A DNA stretch of 64,000 nt, from positions 64,001-128,000 of the IMG/VR virus record IMGVR_UViG_3300025436_000002. One strand, written 5' to 3'. The position numbers and the translations under genes were made by a program. Positions 57,801-64,000 of the stretch are shown here, piece after piece (the first letter of the stretch is position 1; each line of letters opens with the position of its first letter). The DNA comes from a virus. A model generated the notes under the pieces. It ran no database searches, was not told the DNA's origin, and saw only the letters and a program-made list of their open reading frames with translations.

Positions 57801-57841
57801 AGATTAATAAATTCTTAATGTTAAAGGAGTTATCTAAATGA
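57797..57841 (+). CDS. 14-aa tag-only mini-ORF
   Basis: GTG-KINKFLMLKELSK*, coupled by GTGA/ATGA overlaps. Confidence 0.55.
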   Translation: MKINKFLMLKELSK

Positions 57842-58026
57842 GGGATATAAATAGAATACCTAGAATACTTAAAAAATTAGAGGAGGTTTGGACAGCTTCT
57901 CCAGATTTGAGATTATTTCAACTACTGACATGGGTTGTTCGAGACTACAGAGGTGACTTATTCTACCTTGAAGACGACGTTGTAGAGGACAACCTTAATG
58001 AAGAGAAGATACGGAGGCAAGTATGA
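57838..58026 (+). CDS. DUF1040/YihD-like small protein
   Basis: MRDINRI..IL..L..VW...PDLRL.QLL...DLFYLEDD. Confidence 0.6.
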   Translation: MRDINRIPRILKKLEEVWTASPDLRLFQLLTWVVRDYRGDLFYLEDDVVEDNLNEEKIRRQV

Positions 58027-58289
58027 GTTTATCTAAAGAATTCTTCATACAACTTAAAATTAACTTCGACGAAGTCTTTGGAGGTACTAGTCTCCTAGAC
58101 ATGGAACATATGATACATAGTGCGGGTACTATGGGTTTTGACAGGGCTCTTCTAAAGACTTGTAAAGAATTCAATGTGATGTCAACTTACCAAGAGTTTG
58201 AAGGTATGGATTGGTATGAGTATGATGTATCATGTTCTCTTCTAGTCGATGAAGTGGCTAATGCTTTGGAGAGAATACATGAAAGCTAA
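58023..58289 (+). CDS. Hypothetical protein
   Basis: ATGA-coupled. Confidence 0.55.
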   Translation: MSLSKEFFIQLKINFDEVFGGTSLLDMEHMIHSAGTMGFDRALLKTCKEFNVMSTYQEFEGMDWYEYDVSCSLLVDEVANALERIHES

Positions 58290-58566
58290 AAGAGGAAATA
58301 GTGTTTATTTTAATGTTCAAGATATTAACTTTATTCTTATGGAGGAGGGACGTATACTATATGAGTATGTATGGAAAAACAATAATCTCTATGTTAGACA
58401 TAGGGATATGGAAGTTCACCTCATAGGTAACAAGTTGGGTTCTTCTTTAAGAGAGGTGGTAGCTTACTTTAAAGGAAAACATGCGGAGATATATCCGAAT
58501 CTCTTATTTTCAGATGATAAGATTCATATAGATAAATTGTTGGTGATAGAAGAGTTATTAAAATAG
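58279..58566 (+). CDS. KYLMxxELLK-tag family protein
   Basis: Ends HIDKLLVIEELLK. Confidence 0.75.
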   Translation: MKAKRGNSVYFNVQDINFILMEEGRILYEYVWKNNNLYVRHRDMEVHLIGNKLGSSLREVVAYFKGKHAEIYPNLLFSDDKIHIDKLLVIEELLK

Positions 58567-58576
58567 AGGAGGTCGT

Positions 58577-59065
58577 TTGGGTAAACTAAGTTATAGGTTA
58601 GAAGGAACCGTGTTAGTAACTACAGAAACTTTCGGATTCTCGACCAGAAGTGAATATTGTGATCTGGCTACATGGGAGACGTTTGAGATTGATAAGATGG
58701 GAGCTAGATTTTTGGTAACATCTTTAAAGTTTGAAGACAGGGGAGGTTACTTAGATAAGGTAGTCCAAGCTAGGGATCAGCTTGCCAAAGAACTCATGTA
58801 CGGAGAAGTTGTTTGGAAGAGTGCTAAAGAACAAGAAGCTCACCACTCTAAATGTGATAGAAGAAACAAGGAGCTTGAATACTTTAAAGAGGACTTAGCC
58901 CATGATGCGGGAGTCCCTTCTGAGGAAGAAAAAATTGATGCCGTTAACCGAAAGGCTGTAGAATTAGATTGTAAATATGAAATTTATGGGTATAGGTTTG
59001 TACTCGGAAAACCTTTTCACAACACTAAAAAAGGTAGAGACAACATAAATAGATTATTTAATTAG
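58577..59065 (+). CDS. Hypothetical protein (paralog of 44588)
   Basis: Motifs shared with 44588. Confidence 0.65.
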   Translation: MGKLSYRLEGTVLVTTETFGFSTRSEYCDLATWETFEIDKMGARFLVTSLKFEDRGGYLDKVVQARDQLAKELMYGEVVWKSAKEQEAHHSKCDRRNKELEYFKEDLAHDAGVPSEEEKIDAVNRKAVELDCKYEIYGYRFVLGKPFHNTKKGRDNINRLFN

Positions 59066-59433
59066 GAGGTACGGTATATGGTCACACTACTGCTTATTAT
59101 AGCATTTAGCTCTCTAACTTTTAAAGGTCTAACCTTATCTATTTTATTTACATGGTTAAACCTACATCCATTTGTTACCTTATTTCTTATAGGAGAAATC
59201 ACTAGGGATGTGATTAAACTCGGGAGTAATAAGATTGGATAAGATCAACCTAAGGGTACTATTGGATGAGTGGGCTATGGAGCTTAAAGGAGACAGGGAT
59301 TAATAAAGCTCCAAGAGCTCGAGCAAAGATAGTAAGATACATACGAGTTGAGGAAAGTAACTCGCAATAATAAAGTTTATATTATATACAGATTGCCTCT
59401 CATGGGGGGGTAACATTGTACGGAGAATATATA

Positions 59434-59921
59434 ATGTCAGATTAAAATTTAGTTCCAGTAATGACAAGTAGTACGGCTCCTAGTGGAGTAGCTAGTGCAA
59501 GTAGCGTGTATAGTTCTTCTTTTGCTGCATGGTATTCCTTTGATAACAATGTTAATACTTATTGGAGAAGTCTTTCTACCGTAAATAATAAATGGCTTCA
59601 ATATCAATTGACTAGCCAGAAGACGTTAACGGGTTATGCCATAACTGGGTACAATTCCTCCCACAATCCAGCATCATGGACTTTAAAAGGAAGTAATGAT
59701 GGTATAGGCTGGATAACATTGGATACTCAAACAGGTCAGAATACAGATAGAGGAGAGAGTATAGTATTTCTGGGATTAACAACTATACGTACGTCAAACT
59801 TGATAATTTAGTAGCTACTAATGGAGATATAGTATGGATACGTGAATTTGAAATTCTAGGTACTGACTATATAGCCCCTCCCTCAATAATACCTCGAGTG
59901 GTAAACTATTGGTCAATTTAA
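59434..59921 (+). pseudogene. Discoidin/F5-8 type C (galactose-binding-like) domain gene, disrupted
   Basis: LVPVMTS..APSG.ASASS, AW.SFD, WLQYQL, P.SWTLKGSNDG..W..LD; in-frame TAA at 59443 and frameshift near 59750 (other frame YVKL..WIREFEILG). Confidence 0.7.
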
Positions 59922-59941
59922 CATCCTAAGGAACCAAGATT

Positions 59942-59969
59942 AAAAGAGAGTTGTAAGACTCTCTTTTTG
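59942..59969 (+). terminator. Intrinsic terminator
   Basis: AAAAGAGAGT-TGTAAG-ACTCTCTTTTT. Confidence 0.65.
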
Positions 59970-60173
59970 TATTTAAAATGGAATTACTCATCCTACTGTA
60001 AAGAAAACTTAACATTTTAAAGTCTAAGGCTTGACAAATTAAAGAGGATAGTTTATACTAAATACATAAAGACAAGTATTTTATAACGAATGTAGGTTGT
60101 ATCATGAAAGGAAGGAAACGTATGTAGCTTAGGCTATACTAAATAGCATCTAGTGGACTATATTATATTTAAG

Positions 60174-60209
60174 AATGGTGCTACTCCTTCGTGGGTGGTG
60201 CCATTTTTG
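60174..60209 (+). terminator. Hairpin with T tract (terminator of a possible small RNA)
   Basis: AATGGTGCTACTC...GGGTGGTGCCATT-TTTG. Confidence 0.5.
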
Positions 60210-60227
60210 TTAACTTAGGGGTTGCAC

Positions 60228-60527
60228 ATGGAAAAAGATTATTTAGTTTTAATACTTATAGGGAATAACTATTTTTGTTACTATTATGACAAATCTAACT
60301 TTGAAGATAAGATATATCAAGACAGCAATTTTACTAGAATTTCTAATAGAAGTCAAGATTTCTTCATGAGGACTGATGATAGGATTTTAGCTCTGTCGGT
60401 TATATTCACCCACCATCAATTAGATATGATAGGTAAACGAGACTTCCCTAAAAAAGAAAAAGTTACCATTGTAACAGACCGTAATGAATTCGATAAGTAT
60501 TTAATGATATTTGAGTTACTTAAATAA
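60228..60527 (+). CDS. KYLMxxELLK-tag family protein
   Basis: Ends EFDKYLMIFELLK. Confidence 0.8.
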   Translation: MEKDYLVLILIGNNYFCYYYDKSNFEDKIYQDSNFTRISNRSQDFFMRTDDRILALSVIFTHHQLDMIGKRDFPKKEKVTIVTDRNEFDKYLMIFELLK

Positions 60528-60591
60528 AACTTAACATTACTCTTGACAAACCACTCAGGTTCTGGTATTCTTATTAAATAATGAGGTATCT

Positions 60592-60837
60592 ATGAAAGAA
60601 TATATAGCTGAATATTCAACAAATAGGCATATAAGAAGATACTATGTTCGAGAAGGGGAGTTATTCTACAATTTATATAGTCCTTTCTCAGACGGTAGCG
60701 AAGAGAAAAAAGACGTATACAATAACAGTGTTCATGCTCTATCCATTGGGATGTATTTTGTAAACGCATCTAAACTAGTAATACTAAATCAAGGTCTTGT
60801 TGATAAGTATCTTATGCTGGAGGAACTAATGCGGTGA
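60592..60837 (+). CDS. KYLMxxELLK-tag family protein
   Basis: MKEYIA...LVDKYLMLEELMR; promoter TTGACA-17-TATTCT at 60543. Confidence 0.8.
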   Translation: MKEYIAEYSTNRHIRRYYVREGELFYNLYSPFSDGSEEKKDVYNNSVHALSIGMYFVNASKLVILNQGLVDKYLMLEELMR

Positions 60838-61160
60838 GAGAGTACCCTGAAAAGAAAGAGACTGGCTTTGTCGAACAACACGTTTTTATGTGTCTCCATA
60901 ACCCAAATAGACTCCCTGAATATTATCATAAACCAGTAGAGTCCAAGTTTTATATATCTGAAGGACAGAGTTATTACTATTTATTTCAAAATCAATCTTT
61001 GAAGTTTTATACCTCCAATTCAGGCCTCTTAATAAAAGTTCACCACGGCAACCCCCAGAAATCCTTAAACCATTTTAAATATAATAGACTAAACTACGAT
61101 ATAATTACTAATAAAAAAGAAATAAGAAAACACTTAATGATGAAGGAGTTATTGAAATGA
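60834..61160 (+). CDS. KYLMxxELLK-tag family protein
   Basis: Ends EIRKHLMMKELLK. Confidence 0.8.
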   Translation: MREYPEKKETGFVEQHVFMCLHNPNRLPEYYHKPVESKFYISEGQSYYYLFQNQSLKFYTSNSGLLIKVHHGNPQKSLNHFKYNRLNYDIITNKKEIRKHLMMKELLK

Positions 61161-61879
61161 AAAGATGGACTAAAGAAGAAACAGGATTGCTTAAACAAAA
61201 CATGGATGCTACACTGTTAAATTTAAAACAACTACTACCTGACAGAACCGAAGACATGATTATTGAGAAAATTAAAGTGCTCTATCGTCAAGTTGCCTTT
61301 GATAGATGGAACGAAGACGAGTTAAACATCATTAGAGCCAATCCTAATAGATCAGTATTTGAACTACTCAAGCTATTGCCTAATAGAACTTTTAGTGCTA
61401 TTGTGTCAAAGAGGGCTGAGATACGTGGAACTATGGGAGTATCCCGAGATAACAGAGTTGCATGGAGTACTGAAGATATATCTCAATTAAAATATCTCAA
61501 ATCAGAAGGTTACACGAATTACGAGATAGCCTTAACTTTAGGTAGACCTTTAAATTCAGTCATTGGAAGATTATCTACTGAGAGTCTGATGACTCGAAAA
61601 TCAAGGGGACATGCTTGGACACCTAAAGAACTTGAACTTGTACGGGAGAAGGTGGCTGGGAAAGTATCTATCGAAGCTATAGGTAGAGAGTTAAATTTAC
61701 CAACTAATAAAGTCTTCCAGAAAGCAATACACCTAGGATTTAGATCAGCTGAGATAGTAACAGCTAGTAGTCATACTCGTAAAGAGGCTTCAGTCCTTAG
61801 AGAACAGATAAAAGAACTAACCCGTAGAATAAAGATACAGGATAAGACTATAATTAAATTATCTAAAAAACAGGTTTAG
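61157..61879 (+). CDS. Myb/SANT-like tandem HTH-repeat DNA-binding protein
   Basis: Four repeats: RWTKEE, RWNEDE, AWSTED, AWTPKE...L.R. Confidence 0.7.
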   Translation: MKRWTKEETGLLKQNMDATLLNLKQLLPDRTEDMIIEKIKVLYRQVAFDRWNEDELNIIRANPNRSVFELLKLLPNRTFSAIVSKRAEIRGTMGVSRDNRVAWSTEDISQLKYLKSEGYTNYEIALTLGRPLNSVIGRLSTESLMTRKSRGHAWTPKELELVREKVAGKVSIEAIGRELNLPTNKVFQKAIHLGFRSAEIVTASSHTRKEASVLREQIKELTRRIKIQDKTIIKLSKKQV

Positions 61880-61945
61880 GTATTGACATTTAAGATAACA
61901 TCCTTTATACCGTGAGTATGTAGTAGACGATTAAGGAGATAAACC

Positions 61946-62326
61946 ATGAAATGTGAATTTTGTCATATACCTTTAGCTAACGAACCAACCCTTCAAGAGT
62001 ATTTCTACCAAAAGAAGAGAGAGTTCGTTCCAACTCTTCCGACTCTATTTGATGAGTGCCAAATAGAGATAGAACAAAAGTGTATTTGTCCTAAGTGTTT
62101 TATGGCAGGTAGAATCCAACCTGAAGATATATTTATTCAGACTTTTGGATTTGCCCAAAGTGACGTTACCTATGAGTCTATAAAAGAAAAAGTACTTACA
62201 GAAGTTAAGGATAGAATTAAATCAATGGGAGAAACTCAAAAACTTTTAAAGAGAGAGATTGACATATATAAAAAATATCTAATTCCTAAGAAAGAGAAGA
62301 AGACTAAGAAGGTAAAAGGTGTTTAA
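61946..62326 (+). CDS. Zinc-binding hypothetical protein
   Basis: CEFC...CPKC; promoter at 61883. Confidence 0.55.
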   Translation: MKCEFCHIPLANEPTLQEYFYQKKREFVPTLPTLFDECQIEIEQKCICPKCFMAGRIQPEDIFIQTFGFAQSDVTYESIKEKVLTEVKDRIKSMGETQKLLKREIDIYKKYLIPKKEKKTKKVKGV

Positions 62327-62558
62327 TGTGGAAGATTTCACAGCTAGGCAGGTATACGAAATAGCTTATAAACTACGAAGGCTTCCAGAGTGTACTGAGA
62401 AAATGCTTGATAGAAAAATAAAACCTTCAAAGCTTAACTCATGTAAGTGTGTAGTTTGTGATGTTATATTTATGTATACATCTGATCGAAAAAAGACTTG
62501 CTCAGTTAAACGTGGGGACGTATATACTGAAAGATTAGAGTCTGGGTTTTATGGATAG
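62319..62558 (+). CDS. Hypothetical protein with Cys motif
   Basis: CVVC...TCS. Confidence 0.45.
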   Translation: MFNVEDFTARQVYEIAYKLRRLPECTEKMLDRKIKPSKLNSCKCVVCDVIFMYTSDRKKTCSVKRGDVYTERLESGFYG

Positions 62559-62784
62559 AGAGTACGTTGCTCTATCCGTAGGAAAGGAATATGGAACTAT
62601 ATCTTTGAAGTTCTTCTTTAAGGATGGAAGGCTTTATCATGAGACTAGGGCAGGCTCTACTCAGATGAGTCATCTTAGAACTTTAAGAGGTTTGCGTAAC
62701 GCATATAAAGGTGCATTGTATGTAGAAATAGTGACTGGCAAAGAAGTTGCTAAGTACTTGATGTTAGAGGAACTTAAGAAATGA
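62551..62784 (+). CDS. KYLMxxELLK-tag family protein
   Basis: MDREYVALS...EVAKYLMLEELKK. Confidence 0.8.
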   Translation: MDREYVALSVGKEYGTISLKFFFKDGRLYHETRAGSTQMSHLRTLRGLRNAYKGALYVEIVTGKEVAKYLMLEELKK

Positions 62785-63017
62785 TAAAAGAGTATGTAGC
62801 ACTTTCCGTAGACAAAACTTGTAATTTTATCAATCTAAAATATTTTTTTAAGGACGGAGTTCTCTATTGCGAAACATATAAAAAGTACAGCATGATGATT
62901 AGTCAACATAAATCTTTGGAAGAACTTATTGAGGGGTTTACACACTCTAAATCAAATAAACTCATAGTGGGTAGGGAAATGGGTAAGTATCTTATGATAC
63001 TAGAGTTAATGAAATAA
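62781..63017 (+). CDS. KYLMxxELLK-tag family protein (paralog of 62551)
   Basis: MIKEYVALS...EMGKYLMILELMK. Confidence 0.8.
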   Translation: MIKEYVALSVDKTCNFINLKYFFKDGVLYCETYKKYSMMISQHKSLEELIEGFTHSKSNKLIVGREMGKYLMILELMK

Positions 63018-63027
63018 GGAGATAAAC

Positions 63028-64000
63028 ATGGGAACTGAAATTAAAAGATCATTGGCAAGTATACAAGAGATACTAGACATTCAACCTATATACGGTGCTG
63101 ACATGATAGAAGTAGCAACAGTACTCGGCTGGAATGTTGTAGTAAAGAAAGGAGAGTTTAAAGTCTCTGACAAAGTTGCATACTTTGAAATAGACTCATG
63201 GATTCCAAATAGGGTTGCTCCCTTCCTTACAAAAGAGGGTAAAGAACCCAGTGTATACGAAAATACTAGAGGAGAGAGACTCAGGACTATTAAACTACGC
63301 AAACAGATAAGTCAAGGCTTGATACTCCCATTAGCAAATGTAGGAATGTTTGAACCTATAATAGGTGAGAAGTTACAAGTAGGTTTAGATATAACAGATA
63401 AACTTGGAATTAAACTCTATGAGAAAGAAGTAAAGACTTTCGTAGGAGGAGTCGCTGTAAGCACGGGTAAGTCGTTCCCTTCATTCATACCTAAGACCGA
63501 TCAAGCTCGTGTACAAAACATTTATAATAAATACTCAGAATCCTATGCTGAAGAGACCTTTGAAGAGAGCTTAAAAATGGATGGAAGTTCATGCACAATC
63601 TACTATAAAAGTGGAGTATTCGGAGTTTGTAGCAGAAATGTAGACTTAGAAGATCCAGATAGAGTTATCCCCGTAAGTAAGTTTAAAATATTTCTTAATA
63701 AAATACTTCCTTTCATCTTTAAAAAACCAGTTCAATTTAAAGTAGCTCCTAATAATTTCTGGAAAATAGCTAAGGAAGAAAGACTTCATGAAATACTTCC
63801 TCAAATTTGTAATATGGCTGGAGAAGACTATGCTATCCAAGGGGAACTTGTCGGAGACGGTATAAATGGGAATAGAGATAAGTTTAAAGGTCACTTCCTG
63901 TATGTCTTTGATATCTTTAATATAACTACTGGAAAGTACATGCTCCCAGCTGAACGAAGATCTCTTATAAATAATCTAAATATCACTTTTGGATGTACTC
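63028..64000 (+). CDS. RNA ligase, DRB0094/Rnl2-like family (3'-truncated by window, not in ORF track)
   Basis: RSLASIQ..IQPIYGADMIE, GWNVVVKKGEF, YFEIDS, KLRKQISQGL, IPKTDQ.RVQN, KMDGSS, CSRN, IQGELVG, YVFDI. Confidence 0.88.
   Translation, partial: MGTEIKRSLASIQEILDIQPIYGADMIEVATVLGWNVVVKKGEFKVSDKVAYFEIDSWIPNRVAPFLTKEGKEPSVYENTRGERLRTIKLRKQISQGLILPLANVGMFEPIIGEKLQVGLDITDKLGIKLYEKEVKTFVGGVAVSTGKSFPSFIPKTDQARVQNIYNKYSESYAEETFEESLKMDGSSCTIYYKSGVFGVCSRNVDLEDPDRVIPVSKFKIFLNKILPFIFKKPVQFKVAPNNFWKIAKEERLHEILPQICNMAGEDYAIQGELVGDGINGNRDKFKGHFLYVFDIFNITTGKYMLPAERRSLINNLNITFGCT

Noticed and set aside
25409-63017. Tag explained purely as a by-product of RBS/ATGA overlap (GGAGTTA is also used as an RBS before untagged genes, e.g. 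35019, 38428, 42820)
   Set aside because: This could account for 'EL' and the terminal K, but not the upstream E-I-x-K-Y-L-M, the synonymous codon variation, GAA-coded copies lacking GGAG, or retention in genes with no coupled successor. Kept only as a partial contributor.
25409-63017. CRISPR array or diversity-generating retroelement as the source of the repeats and variation
   Set aside because: The repeats are degenerate, coding and 200-400 bp apart. No cas or reverse transcriptase gene, and no template/variable repeat pair with adenine-specific differences, was seen in the window.
27962-63017. Classical integron with attC sites
   Set aside because: Junctions are not palindromic RYYYAAC...GTTRRRY elements, and there is no tyrosine integrase in the window.
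2156-63894. Minus-strand ORFs in the track (e.g. 2156, 3458, 6574, 19850, 37941, 63081, 63646)
   Set aside because: All are short antisense shadows of well-supported plus-strand genes or tRNAs, with no recognisable motifs.
1-64000. Genome-wide stop-codon reassignment
   Set aside because: Core genes are full length in code 11, and TAA, TAG and TGA all terminate genes at sensible positions; only isolated in-frame stops occur.
1-64000. Assignment of host or phage taxon
   Set aside because: Low GC and sigma70-type promoters are not diagnostic, and no marker gene in the window allows a supported call.

Overview
AT-rich, entirely plus-strand segment of a large (probably jumbo-type) tailed phage genome, read in the standard genetic code. 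1-21 kb is a replication/recombination module: DnaB-like helicase end, primase Zn-finger, intein-containing family A DNA polymerase, GroES, two DNA methyltransferases, ATP-dependent ligase, SSB-like protein, RuvC-like resolvase, RecA, split SbcC plus SbcD, cobalamin adenosyltransferase and an HslV/proteasome-beta-like peptidase. Tail-fibre-like genes follow, then a tRNA cluster (23.1-24.1 kb) containing several aberrant tRNAs. The striking feature lies at 25.4-63.0 kb: I count 57 intact small ORFs (mostly 75-145 aa), plus about 8 mini, broken or orphan copies, with highly variable bodies that all end in one conserved C-terminal helix, approximately (D/E)xxE(I/V)xKYLMxxELLK*. They form translationally coupled (ATGA-overlap) cassette trains, and the DNA encoding the tag also supplies the next gene's ribosome-binding site. 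The trains lie behind sigma70/sigmaA-type promoters whose -35 box sits inside a covarying inverted repeat. I do not recognise this family. It may be an undescribed 'variable body + constant docking tag' system, shuffled by recombination at the tag. All assignments are from motifs read by eye; no database searches were run.
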